DNA of 62,495 bases, filler included, from Kipferlia bialata (taxonomy: Eukaryota), in NCBI GenBank assembly GCA_003568945.1. It is 5 parts of 5 records of this genome, joined end to end, with 100 filler letters (N's around TTAATTAATTAA, not from the genome) between each part and the next. Parts side by side here need not be neighbours in the genome. Positions count along the whole stretch, not along the records: positions 17,678 to 35,226 come from BDIP01000525.1; positions 35,327 to 52,873 come from BDIP01000526.1; 3 more parts are not named here. One strand, written 5' to 3'. Shown here piece after piece: positions 28,724 through 41,700 of this stretch. The notes beneath the pieces were generated by a model. It was not told the origin of the DNA, did not search any database, and saw only the letters and a program-made list of their open reading frames with translations. A program made the position numbers and the translations under genes. Within the stretch, counting starts at the first letter, position 1. Each line of letters opens with the position of its first letter.

Positions 28724-30000
28724 TCACTTTCGGCCCTTCTTGGCGTTCCTGGCCTGTCTACGGGCCCTCCTCGCCTTGAGAGTAGCTGCTTGGGAGGATG
28801 TAGGCTTCTTTGCGTTGACTTCCCCTGACTTCCCGTGACTTCCCTTGGCAGCACCACTAGGGGTAGTCTTGATGCCCTTGGTCCAGGGTGCCAGATCCCC
28901 CTCGAGGGATGCCCAGCCCCCCTTGGCGACAGACCTACCAACAGGCTGGAGCGGCTGGTATTAGAGGGTCCGGAGGGTGTTTGAGACCAGTACAAGTACC
29001 ACAACTACCTGGCAAAAGAGACCAGTATAGATCAGTATATACCAGTATATATCAGTATCAGATATACCCATATCAATGTCTGTACCTTGTTCTTGACCAT
29101 GTTGGGTGTCACACCGAGACCGGGTGCCATAGGACATGCACTGGGGTTCACGCACCACTTCCTTAGGTCGGCGGCGCAGGGGTACTCAGTGCCCTCCCCG
29201 GCCGTCTGCAGCTGCCGTGAGGGATAGGGTGTGAGAGCAAGAGAGAGTGAAAGATGTCACTCACCAGAGCCTGCAGGTAGTTGTAACACACCCTCCGTAG
29301 CAGGTCGACCCTCTCCTCAGCAAGGGCGCCTAGCGATAAGACATACTATGGACACACACAGAGAAAGTACCCTACTATACGCTCAAACGAGAGAGAGAGT
29401 ACGGGAGCGCTCAAACGGGAGAGAGAGGGTACCTATGACCAGTCGGTGCAGAACGTCCACAAGGAACTGTGGGTTGCCTCCGAACTCTACGTTGCGCAGG
29501 TGGTAGAACTAGGATGGGATGCAGCAACGTGAACATAGTACATATGGCCTAGCAGTGATATGCATGCAAGTAGTTCTATATATATATATATATATAGATA
29601 TACCTCGAGACTGGCCGTCAGGAACCCGTTAGTGATGTGCCGACGTCCCATCTGACCCTGGGATGAGGCTATTGACAGGTATAGCACCAGGCATGTATTC
29701 AGGCGTCACACCGACACACAAGACTCCAGATACAGATATATACACACCCAGTAAAGGGAGGGAGGGGGGGGGGATGGGTAAAGGGGGGGGAGTCCATTAT
29801 ACCTCAGAGAGTGGCATGATCTGTGCCTGGATGGATGCCGTGGTCTCAGCACACCCCGGACCACACTGGACCCACCCCATATCAATGAGAGGGGTCTCGG
29901 TGAGCACCTCGTCGCCCTTGGCCAGGTCCTCTGTCGCATACATGCCAAGACCCTTCCCAGTGCTAGGGGCGAGCCTGAACTTCACGGAGACTGAACTCAT
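28724..30000 (-). CDS. Protein with an N-terminal SET-domain motif only (degenerate SET/SMYD-like)
   Basis: Exon 1 is MSSVSVKFRLAPSTGKGLGMYATEDLAKGDEVLTETPL (SET N-terminal motif). Spliced downstream exons end ...KARRARRQARNAKKGRK*. No NHSC motif was found. Confidence 0.6.
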
Positions 30001-30499
30001 CACCTACACTGACCTAAGAGAGCAAGTGCAAAGACTTTTTGTGTGTGAAAGGTTGTAGTGGTTGCATATGCAGACTGCACTTTATCCAATGGAATTACAA
30101 AGTCACTACCCATGCCATATGCCCTCTATGCTCTCAGTGAGAGCCTCTCACTCAGATAGAGGTGGAGCATACGTATGGTGCTTCTTTCGGTGCAACGGCA
30201 CATCACTACCCCTGACAGCACATACGAGATGGCAAAGTAGGGTGGATACTGACTATGATAGCATCAAACTCAAAAGGCGACTATGCATCTCTCTCTCCAG
30301 ACTTCATGAACTCCCAATCTCAACTCTATTGACACAAATACATGTACACACATCACTCAAAACTCTCATACATACTAACATCACCAAAGATAAACACTAT
30401 CCTGCAAAACCTCCCTACTCTCTCTCTCTCTTCCTAACGTACAATTGTTACGCTGTCACCCTCGTCCCACCTACTATCTCTCTCTCTCTCTCTCTGCAT

Positions 30500-30758
30500 C
30501 TAACGTACAATTGTTACGCTGTCACCCTCGTCCCACATCTCCACATAGGGACAGACTGCAGAGGGTAAGGAACTGAAGGCTGTGCCGCAGGGTGTGCCTT
30601 GAGTCAGAAAATAGACAGAGAGAGAGAGAGACCAGAAGGAAGAGAGACGTACCGTCTACAGCAAATGCCACACTCCTTGTGGCCATGTTGACTAGTACAG
30701 TCACTAAGGCACCCACACGGAAGCCCTTGCCATAGGTATAGGCCTGTGATTAAAGGGT

Positions 30759-30798
<40 letters not shown>

Positions 30799-33700
30799 AA
30801 TGAGATGAAGCCCTCGCCATAGGAATACCTTGTTAGCCGTGCATCTCTTCCCCCCACTGTATATGGCCCATCCCTGCTTGGTCCTGTGTACATTCTCAAG
30901 CCTGAGGGTTAGGGGTATCAACCATACATAATACTATATAATGAGAAGTATTACATTGTGAGAATAGTTCTATTATGAGAATGGTCCCGTGTACATTGTC
31001 AAGCCTACGGTAGGTATAGACATCGCATATTACCATATAATGAGAATGGTAGAGGGCTGGGGTATCAATCATCTCCAAATCGATATTAATAGAATACACA
31101 CTCTATAATAGTGGTAGTGAATCTTGGCATCAATTACTAGGGTCAATTACTAGGGTCAATTACTAGGGTCAATTACTAGGATCAATTACTAGGATCAATT
31201 ACTAGGATCAATTACTAGGATCAATAACATATATCAATCCTCACCTGACATTGGGGTCACACACCCCAAGCATGATGCCCTTGGCCATGGAGTCGATCCT
31301 GGGGGGTGAGGAAAAGATATCATATACATACTATACTGTTATACAATATTTCACTATAACTGCTTACTATGTATTATTACCTGAATGTGACTGAGTGCAC
31401 CCCCTCTGTCCAAGGCCCAGACACTAAGGCAGGCATCAATATATATATATATATATATACATATATATAATAGTATATACATATAGCATTACTATACCTG
31501 AAAGTGACTGAATGTACACCCTCTGTCCATGGCCCAGACACCAGGGCAGGCATCCACCCATGGCCAGCCTGATATAAGGGTGTAGAGGTAGGTAGAGAGA
31601 GAGAGAGAGAGAGAGAAGCGGGGAGATCATCAGAATTGAAGGCCGCTCTGGTCTAGTGCGAGAGTTTGTTCACCTGTCGACACAAACACTTCCGAGATAG
31701 AGACTGACAACACACCTTTCTCTCCACCATTGTACATAATGTCAGGCGATATACATATAGACGTAACATTGAGACTGGAATTCGTAAGACACACCTTTCT
31801 CTCCACCATTGTAGAGAGTATACATTGTGATATATATAATGATACTTGACAGGAGCCTTTCTCTCCACCATTGTAGAGAGAAAGAATTATTAGTCCACAC
31901 ATCAATCTCCGAAATAAGAAGCTGGGATACTTGGTATGGACTCACCTTTCTCTCCACCATTGTGTTCCCATGGCTGAATGTGACATCGGCATGACAGCTG
32001 GTGGGGCTGAAGACAACAGGGGGGTAGACGGGCTGAGTGTAAGTGAGCATATCAATATACACATATATACATATATATAGTTCTACTCCATGAGAGATGT
32101 CTACTGGTTTATATGAAGAGTTGGGGGGTTGAGAAACGGAAGATGCTCACCTTTCTAGGGTTGGGCGTGGACTGCCTAACACTCAGGCCCTTGCTGGTGT
32201 CCACACGCTCTCTCTCTCCCCTCTCCCCTCTCTCCCCTCTCTCTGTTGTGTCTACATGCAGGTGGGGGGTCCTCTGGGATGTCTGGGCACTCCTGAGGAT
32301 TAGGGGTGTAGAGAGAGAGAGAGGATTAAGGGTCTAGAGAGGGAGAGAGAGAGACTAGAGAGGAGTCATTAGGGCGTCACTGGAACTAGAAGAATGAGAA
32401 AATGCAGCATAAATGTGATATATACAAAGACATACAAATGTGTATCCTGACCTGAGCGTGGCCCCCGGTGTCTTGTCCAGCACCTTGGCCCCCTCTGTCT
32501 CATCTGCCTCTGGGTATGCTTGGTCCTGGGGTTAGATTGTAGAATACAAAATAATAGGAGTGAGATATCAATCAATACACACTACCTTCTGAGCAACGGA
32601 GAGTATGTCGAGTGCTTGGTATGTGGTAATATAACGTACACTTCAATTGAAAATGTAACAGAGGTGATAAGAGAACTTGTATTACAGTCATTATTCTATA
32701 CTACCTTCTGAGCCACGGAGAGTATGTCGAGAGGACCCTTGGAGACCATGAGGTTGGTACGGGAGTTACCGCGAGATAGCATGGCTGGAAGAGACTCTCT
32801 GAAGAATCAGGAAGATATACAGATATTTGACCATAACTAAAGGAAGAGAATATGTCCAGAGGAGATAGACTATGTAAGGGATTAGGTGATATATGTATAA
32901 ATAGAATACTTGCCTGACAGCCTGGAGTGTGACCTCTCTCTCCTTCTCCTTCTCTCTCTCCCACTCGAGGTCTCTCTCCCTCTCCCTCTCTATCCGGGCA
33001 TCGGCCTGGGTGATGTGCTGGGTGTAGAGCTTGTGCTGGGCCTAAGGTGAGGGGAAATATAAGTACAAAGCTTCAGTACTGTATCTACACAAAGAACAAT
33101 ATATATATGATATTGCAATACAGTGATTAATGCCAAATACTACTGCTAGTATACTATTAAGCTTCGGCCTGACTGATTTGCTGAGTGTAGAGCTTTTGCT
33201 GGGCCTAGGGAAAGGGTATTCTACTATTGCAGTATTATACATACTAAACTATATCGATCTTACCTCGATCTGTGCCTCCAGCCGCTGTATCCTGGCATCG
33301 GTCACTCTCTCTCTCTCCTTCACACCCTCCCTCTCCTTCTCAACATCAGCCCTGAGAGTCAGTGGGTTCTATAATACTATATCTATATAATATACTATAA
33401 ATACTATAATATACTAAATAGATATAGTTGGGGTGACGGGGGGTGGGAAGAGTCTATACTACTGACTAAATATCTCAGTATGGGATAAATAGGAAAAAAA
33501 ATAAATACTACTCGGGAGTGAGCGAAAGACCAATATATGCATGTACTTCCACCACTCCTGATATGATGAGTATGTGATAAACACTGTAGACAATACCTGA
33601 ATGCACTGAACTGCTGATAATATATACATGTATATATAATTAATATGTATGTATATATAGATAAAATATATATGGATACAACTTCAAACTGTTCTGAACA

Positions 33701-34499
33701 CAATGGTTATGTAATAGGCAGTGTACACAATACCTGAATGCACTGAACTGCTGATGGTCATTGACACATATATATCAGGTAATTCAGTGACTACACAACG
33801 ACCATGAAAGATGCAACATACACAACAGACACATACATACCTGAATGCACTGAACTGCTGAATTATGAGTATGTGATAAATATAATATATATAATATATA
33901 TAATATATATAATATTAAAATATATATAATAAACATTGTTTACAATACCTGAATGCACTGAACTGCTGACTGAGAGCATGCATACCCTGCACAACTACCT
34001 AGGGGTCAAGGGGAGTCAATATGGGTCAATAATAGTCAATAGTGACTTATGGGTCAATGGGAGTCAGAAAGTCAATGGCTGTCAAATACTGAAAGACACA
34101 CTTATCCACACACAGACATAGAGAAAGAGAGAGAGAGTGAGAGAGATTGTACCTCGTGCTGCTCCACTGTGACATATCTCTCGAGGGTGGACACGTGGAC
34201 ATACGCAGTGGCCTGGAGTCAGGAGTATACCTATATATATATGTACTCCTATAGTCTAACATATAGTTGTATATCACTTATACATCATTCACATACGTGG
34301 ACATACGGTGTGGCCTGGAGTCATGGATGAAGCGGGTAGAAACCAGAGAAAGAGAGAAATATATTATAATCAATATATAGTGAAGGGAAGAGAGAGAGAG
34401 AGTCTACCTCGTGCTTGGCCAGTGGGGTGCTGTCAGTCTCTCTGCCCCTATCACCCTCACTGTCCTTTCTAAAGAGAGGGGCCTGGTGTTAATGTAATA

Positions 34500-34538
<39 letters not shown>

Positions 34539-35067
34539 TATATATATGTATGTATTATTACATATATGTAACACTCTGTCACCCTCACTGTCCTTTCTAA
34601 AGAGAGGGGCCTGGTATCAGTGTAATATATAGACCCACTATACCTAGTATCAATATAATGCATGTATTACTATATATATGTAACACTCGGTCACCCTCAC
34701 TGTCCTTTCTGAAGAGAGGGGCCTGGCGTTAATGTAATATATAGACCCACGATATACATCGTATCAATACAACACACTTAGTACTACATATGTAACACTC
34801 TGCCACCCTCACTGTCCTTTCTAAAGAGAGGGGCCTGTCATCAGCATATTTATACATGTGTATGAGTGTATAAACATATATATAGTATCTGGACAAAAAA
34901 CAGTGAGATCAAGCGTTATTACACAATTGTGACGACCCTTACACTTGTGGATACTCTGCTCCGTATATGCCCAGTACTATATACCCCTTAGAGACAAATG
35001 CTCTACACACTATCAATACCTTTGAGATATCTGGGCGGATCTGGGCGAACTGAGTAGCTACTGCTGG
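30500..35067 (-). CDS. Coiled-coil protein with C-terminal SPRY/B30.2-like domain, 5'-truncated
   Basis: Terminal exons ...VTFSHGNTMVERK; GPWTEGVHSVTF; IDSMAKGIMLGVC; AYTYGKGFRVGALVTVLVNMATRSVAFAVDG|TPCGTAFSSLPSAVCPYVEMWDEGDSVTIVR* fit the SPRY C-terminal pattern. Upstream exons are E/R-rich. Confidence 0.7.
31131..31225. repeat. 13-bp tandem repeat, 7 copies, intronic
   Basis: CAATTACTAGG(G/A)T repeated seven times; the first three copies have G and the last four have A. Confidence 0.9.
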
Positions 35068-35167
35068 CTGAATGTAAGGCATACATACAAACAAGAAGAG
35101 AGAACCTATATATATACTACCCAAATGTATATACTGACACTTGTGTATGCTCACTAACCTCGAGAGG

Positions 35168-35203
<36 letters not shown>

Positions 35204-35270
35204 AGAGAGAGAGAGAGAGAGAGAGANNNNNNNNNNNNNNNNNNNNNNNNNNNNNNNNNNNNNNNNNNNN

Positions 35271-35282
35271 TTAATTAATTAA
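35271..35282. other. Artificial contig-joining spacer
   Basis: TTAATTAATTAA in an N run. Confidence 0.95.
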
Positions 35283-36123
35283 NNNNNNNNNNNNNNNNNN
35301 NNNNNNNNNNNNNNNNNNNNNNNNNNTCTCTGTGCTCTGAGAAGAAGAGAAGACGAGACCCAAGGCACTCACATCGAGGCCTAACCCAACTCAATCCAAC
35401 TGTAACAGAGGTGGGAATGGAGTGGACCCTTATTCTGTCCAAAAACAAAAACTCTGCCCCCTCAAATTTACTAATCAAATGGTTAATTAATGTTATATGT
35501 CAAGCCTGGCACTGTTACTGCTCTAAAGAGACTTTGAGATGGGAGGACCCGATTCTATGGTGACCCCCGATGAGGAGGTATGTGACACACTGGTTCTGCG
35601 TATATATAGCTTAGGAGTGGGTTTGAGTGGATATTGAGTGGATATGTGTCAACAACTGAATCGATCCGTTGACACCTACGCTGCCAACTTATCCTACTTG
35701 TATTATTGCACATATTATGCGATGCATGGTGTATACCATGTTTTCTGGGTTTAGGTCAATGAATCATTGAGACAAGTATAGAGCGTTTTGGGCATCGTGT
35801 ATATATGTTCTCTCTCCCTCTGACACACAGATCTTATTCACACGGTTATATCCGAGTCCCTTAAGGTAGTACTACTAGACTGCAGAGGGTTTTGCCGCAC
35901 TAATAACACTAAACAACTCATCAATAGCCACATCAGGGGATATATGTGTAATCTATTGAATCCTGGGAGTCCGGAGTCTTCATATCCGGTCATCTCTATA
36001 CCCTGTTGATGGTTCTGGTGGAGTACCCAGTATCTATGACATCTTGCCGTCTGGGTACCGTTACAGTACCACTGTACCCAGTACCCTCCAGCCTCCTAAC
36101 AGAGGTTGTGGAGAAGACGCCGC

Positions 36124-37885
36124 CTATATCCACTTACCCTCTGCGTCCCGTCTCCACTGCCTGGGTGCCTCCCTCTCCACCAGAGCCTCTAGCCTCTGGC
36201 TCTCTCTCCTCCCCACCCTGTTGCTACTGGCCACCACCACTCTGTCCCTCTCCTCTAGGTACTGTGTGTTGTGAGAGTGCACCATCTGTGCAACCCTGCC
36301 AACGGGGGTGTCTACCTCAGGCTGCCTCTCAGCCCTGTCAGCAGTCTCCGCTGCCACTTGGATGTGTCTCTCCAGTCTCTCAACATGGGCTATCTGAGGC
36401 TGAGCAGCGTCCCTCTCAGTAGCTGCCCTCCATACCCTCTGTGCATCAAGTGCCTCTAGGCCTGCCTGTACACGTCCCTCGGCAGTCACTCTCTCCCTCT
36501 CTCTCTCGGCCTGAGCCTCTCTCTCCCTCAGCTCCTGGGCCTCTCTCTCCCTCAGCTCCTGGGCCTCTCTCTCCCTCAGCTCCTGAGCCTCTCTCTCTCT
36601 CCTAGCCATAGCCTCCCTCTCTATCAGCTCCTGAGCCTCTCTCTGCCTCTGGGCCTGAGCCTCTCTCTCTCTCCTAGCCTCAGCCTCTCTCTCTCTCTGG
36701 ACCTGAGCCTCTCTCTGCCTCTGGGCCTTAGCCTCTCTCTCTCTTCTAGCCAGAGCCTCCCTCTCTATCAGCTCCTGAGCCTCTCTCTGCCTCTGGGCCT
36801 GAGCCTTTCTCTCTCTCCTAGCCCTAGCCTCCCTCTCTATCAGCTCCTGAGCCTCTCTCTGCCTCTGGGCCTTAGCCTCTCTCTCTCTCCTAGCCTCTCT
36901 CTCTCTCTGATCAGCAAGCATCTGGGCCACAATCTCTCTCTCTCTCCTAGCCTCAGCCTCTCTCTCCCTCAGCTCCTCAGCCTCTCTCTCCCTCAGCTCC
37001 TCAGCCTCTTGCATGGATGATACCTTCACTATCTCACCATCATCAGAAGCAGCGAGGGCCTGGGGTTAGTATTGTAGCTTACTTCTTCCGACTATACTAT
37101 GTACGTCAATGCCCCTACTGGCATAAGTACAATCCATCTTGGCTGTAGATCCGACATGGGGAGAACTACTCATGTACAGTAAACTGAACTGTATACCGGA
37201 TACACCATACATATTGTTGTAGCTAAACAGCATGTCTCTACAGTATCCAAGTCCACTCTACAGCAAACATGACATATTGGTATACAGTGTATACTATACA
37301 CACAAAGCAGAGAGAGGTCCAGACTGTGGCAGAATCAGTATCGGTTATTGTCTGTCATACGTATATACATTATGTATTACATACATACCTGAGAGGCCAT
37401 TCTCAGTAATAGCTCATTCTATGTATATGAGCCATATACATACCTGAGAGGTGTCCAGAATGTGGCAGTTGGGGAGAGAGATGTCCACTCCGCAGGGACA
37501 GGTGGCAGTTGGGCTAGGGGTGAGGGACATAGAGAGGGAGAGAGGTTGACAATGTGAGGCAGAAACTGATACTGACATCAAAACAGACACAGTGCCGCAA
37601 TATAGTATACTGTACAGTACTTGTGTCAAGGAGAACCGGAGTACACGGTCTGGTATATCATATACTATACCATATACTATATGGTGAAGTACATCCAGTG
37701 TGACCAACACCAAGAATGATACTTGAGGATTATTCGTACTTGAAGAGGCTGCCTCCGTTGTTGACGCATATGCGCTCCAGACACTCACAGTGCACCAGGT
37801 GACCACAAGGAGTACACACCCACTTGGACTGGGTCTCCTTGTGACAGTACGTGCAGTCAAGCGTGATGACACCCGCCTTAGTCAT
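36124..37885 (-). CDS. RING finger plus long E/R/A/Q coiled-coil protein
   Basis: MTKAGVITLDCTYCHKETQSKWVCTPCGHLVHCECLERIC...|PTATCPCG.. followed by the 301-aa ORF rich in REREAQ repeats. It may continue through a short intron to a stop near 36060. Confidence 0.7.
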
Positions 37886-37969
37886 CGCGTAGAGATTCAC
37901 TCGGGCGGGGGGGGGGGGGGGGGGGGGAGGGGGGAGGTCGGGCACAACAGACCCCCCCTCTGACCCCAG

Positions 37970-38380
37970 ATCCACTGGTGCAGCACCAAGTGCCCCACTG
38001 CAGAGGTCAGGGTCTACAACCACCTGTTCAAGTCCCCCAACCCCTACGAGCCCATTGTCGAGGGACAGGGAGAGGCCAAGAAGGCAGAGGCCAAGCCCGA
38101 GGCTGAGGTAGAGGCTGAGGCTGAGGTCGTCAAGGACCCCGCTGACAGGAACGCCTGGCTGAGCGACATCAACCCCGAGTCCATGGTTGTGTACAAGAAC
38201 GTGCCATACACCGGACACGTCGTGACAGACGGCAAGGGAGAGAGAGAGGGAGAGGGAGAGAGGTGCCAGTTCGAGAGGGTGGGATACTTTGTGACCGACC
38301 CCGACTCCGACATGTCCAAGAGAAAGGTCGTGTTCAACAGGATCGTGCCCCTCAGGGTCTCCAAGGCTAAGGGAGAGTAG
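37970..38380 (+). CDS. QARS: Glutaminyl-tRNA synthetase, last exon only (anticodon-binding domain)
   Basis: IHWCSTKCPTAEVRVYNHLFKSPNP...LSDINPESMVV...CQFERVGYFVTDPDSD...VVFNRIVPL matches the GlnRS C-terminus. It is preceded by a CTGACCCCAG acceptor; upstream exons are absent. Confidence 0.8.
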   Translation: MHWCSTKCPTAEVRVYNHLFKSPNPYEPIVEGQGEAKKAEAKPEAEVEAEAEVVKDPADRNAWLSDINPESMVVYKNVPYTGHVVTDGKGEREGEGERCQFERVGYFVTDPDSDMSKRKVVFNRIVPLRVSKAKGE

Positions 38381-38515
38381 GGAAGAAGCAGAATAGATAG
38401 ACACGTGGGTCAAGTAGTAGTGGTAAGGGGTAGATTCTTCTCATTCAGTCATCGAGCGTCTGAGCATCCAATGATCGTATCGTGCCCCCACGCTGATTCG
38501 ACGTTCTTCTTTCCT
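38352..38515 (+). repeat. Diverged direct repeat, copy A
   Basis: TCAGGGTCTCCAAGG..GAGAGTAGGGAAGAAGCAGAATAGATAGACACGTGGGTCA...TAGATTCT..TCATT.AGT.ATCGAGCGT..ATCGTATC.TGCCC.CAC.CTGAT aligns with 43426-43600. Confidence 0.8.
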
Positions 38516-38721
38516 CCTGACCTACTAGATTTGGACATAGAAGGAGGACGTGAGACAGATACATACCGATATGTAATGTCTCGTACAGCGTACTTTCAGC
38601 ATAAACCTCTATAGGCCAACATTCCACAAGAACGGATAGATAAGGCCACTTCAAGGTGATAACATTCATACAAAAACATACATATTATTTACTATCAAAA
38701 CTAGCCCGAAAGGATAGAGGC

Positions 38722-41700
38722 CTATTGGGGCACACTACCAAGCAGCTCTTGGCTGACTCTCTTATAGAAAGCCAGTGACCTGGGGTTCTGGACCTCTTCC
38801 ATGAGGATAAAACACTTCTTATACCAGATCTTCGCCTTTGAAATGCAGGAAGCACCGTCTTCATGGTTTCCATGCTCAATGAGCTCTTTCCCTTGTGAAG
38901 CAAACATGCCACCCAAGTTGCCACAACAATCAGCCATACCCTTCTTCTCCAAAGGGATTGCACCCTCATATACCCTAAGAGCCTTCTGCATGTATCTCAA
39001 AGCACAACCCCACATATGCTGCTCCGCATAGAGGCGGCCCAGGCTGCTCGCAGCTTTTCCATGTGTGTCTGTGAAGAAGGGTAGGTCCCTGCTCATCAGA
39101 AACGCTTCCCACTGGGACGTAAATGCCATTACGAACCACTCCTCCCATCGGGTGTCAGCAGGGTTCTCTCTGTGGTCAGAGCACTGCTTGGACGCCTGCA
39201 AACACCTGGAGCCGAAGTCATGGAGGGTTGAGGCCACCTGGATGAAATCTTGGCACTCTTTGGCAGCTTCACACTCTAACCACAGCAGGCATATAGCCAC
39301 TTCAAGCTTCCCATTCTTCGCCATGGCATTTGCACGGTGTCCCTCAAGACGTGTCTGACTGAAGTAGTCCGGAGAGTTCTGTACGGCTGCGTCCAGTACT
39401 TCTTCAGCATCACCATGCTTCTCCTCCATCTGCAGTGCCACTCCCTTCACTCTGAGAAGGCTCGCACGTGTGCTGGCCGAGAGGTCCTGGAGGTGGTTGT
39501 TGGCCTTATCAAGGAGAAGAGAGGCATCATGAGGCCTCCATTCATCCAGACACGCTTGTGCCGCAGAGCAGAGAAGAATGACAGCCCGCTCAAACTCGGC
39601 TCCCAGGAGGAGATACTCTGCTGCATCAATCCTCTCAAGGGGATCTGAGGACGTGTAGAACCTTCCCTGTAGTTCAGTGCCCAGGCGACAAAACAGAGTT
39701 ACGTCCGCCTCTGCGTTCCAGCCAGGGCTCTGGCGGCGGCGCAGCCTCCCAACAAGGGTGGACACAAACGCACCCACCACTGGTAGAACCACGTATAGCC
39801 GCTTGGCACCAATAAGGTGCTTGGGGCCACTGTCCACCTCCCAGTCCCTCTGTTCCTGCACAAGAGAGTAGTTGACTAGCCGTAGCAGGACATCGCCATC
39901 CTCATCCCCATCTCTTCCAAGCAGTGCCATGAACTCTCGATCCATGGGGCGGAGCACAAGAGTGGCACGATACAGGAACTGCTGACAGTCATCACTTAAA
40001 CACCCCCAGAGCTCTTGCAGAGACAGATCACTCCGTATCGACCTGGTCACGCTCTGAAGGTGGCCATATAGAGAATCATACTCTGTTCTCCCCGGAACAG
40101 CATCTCGGGAAATGAGACTCTCAAGCAAATCAGCTCCTCTGTGGCAATGCAGGAGCTGCTTCTCTGCCAGCCTCCTTCGACAGTCGTATGAGAGTTGCCG
40201 GAGGTGAGGGAACCACTGCATGAGGCGCAGTACAGTATGGGTTCCCAATGGACCAACAGGGATGCACTCCCTGTCTAGGATATCGGGGTTGCGGTACCGA
40301 GTGCTGGCCACTAACACCAGTCTGGCCTGCCTGGCAGAGGAAGATAGGTACTTCCACACATACTCACACTCATGACTCCGCCACTGACCAATCCGCCTAC
40401 CAGCAGGATGCATGAGGGACTCCATGTTGTCAAGGTAGACCACAAGCTGGGGGCCTTTACGCTTCTCTATGATGGTCTCGAGAGCCATTTCAAAGTCTAC
40501 AGTCTCCCACTCACTACGCCCCACCTTCCCTCTCTCCTTGATTTGTCGTTCAAGACATCGTCGCTGCTTTGTAGTCCCATGTCGCTGAATGTAGCAATGT
40601 ACACTCGACGTGATGTCATGCACTAGCCTTCTGGGGCTCATCTCCTTGCACCAGATAGGCAGGAGGGGCAGGGTGTCCTTGTGCCCTCGAGTGTCCCTCT
40701 GAAGCATGAGAGCAGAGTGGTACGCCAGAGCTGTCTTGCCAAGGCCTCCAAGTCCGTGAAACACGAAGACATGTACTGGAGGAAGACTAGTGCGGTGCAA
40801 CCGCCGGACAAGGTGCCGCTCTCGTCTGCGACCGAGGAAGCCAGTGGCCAGGCATACTTCATTCCCGTCTTTGTCTGTCACATATGTACGCTCTGGTGGT
40901 GCCAGTTGGTTGAGTTCTGTGGAGTCACCCAATTCTACCCTCTTGCTCAGGGGCCAGCCACGGCCACCCCGGGAGAATACCACAAGCTGGGCCCAAGCAA
41001 AAGGATACTTTCTGAGGTTATCCCTCACAAGGGGACTCTGACCCTCACTCCCTAACAGCAGCCTACGACGTGCTGCCGCAACTGCCTCGAAGGTGAACAT
41101 TCCCCTGCTGATACCAGCATACACATCGGCTTCTGCGGCAATGCACAGACAATCCGCCACAGTACCATAGTAAGCAACCACATGTGTGATTCCTTGCTGG
41201 TGGAGATGAAAGGCGGTGGTGGTGTCCGTGCCATGGGCTGTGTCGAGTGTGTTTCCGTGACACCCCCCAAGGAAACAGAACTGAGGCGCAAGGGTACAAT
41301 CCCCACTGATAGCTTCCATGAGGTTGTGCACTGAAACACTATCACTGTACCCTTCATCGTCCTCAAACTCTAGGTGACCAGGACGTCCATGTCCTGAGAA
41401 GTGGATTCCGGTGGGTTTGGAGTCTCCAATCGCACCACAGAACTCAGACACAGTCCCAAGATCAGTAAATGACAGGCCCACTTGGGTGTGCAGGGCCTGA
41501 CTGATGCGCCAACTCTCTTCCTCGTAGTTGAGAGGATACTTGCCACTGATCTCGGGTGATGACACATTCACCAGGAGTGACATCGGGGTGGATGCCTTGC
41601 GGAGTGGCCTCTCAAACCCCTTGACACAGCACACAGGGGAGGTACGCACGACATCAACACGTCCAGTCTTGACTACGTACTGATCCTGGATTTGGAGCAA

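Noticed and set aside
28955..29012. In-frame TAA in the SET gene suggesting TAA=Gln recoding as in hexamitid diplomonads
   Set aside because: The TAA lies in the branch point/acceptor CTCTAATACCAG of an intron, and other genes here end normally with TAA or TAG.
36000..36135. VDIGGVFSTTSVRRL resembling the start of a BTB/K-tetramerisation domain
   Set aside because: It is out of frame with the RING/coiled-coil ORF, overlaps a probable short intron, and has no further BTB motifs.
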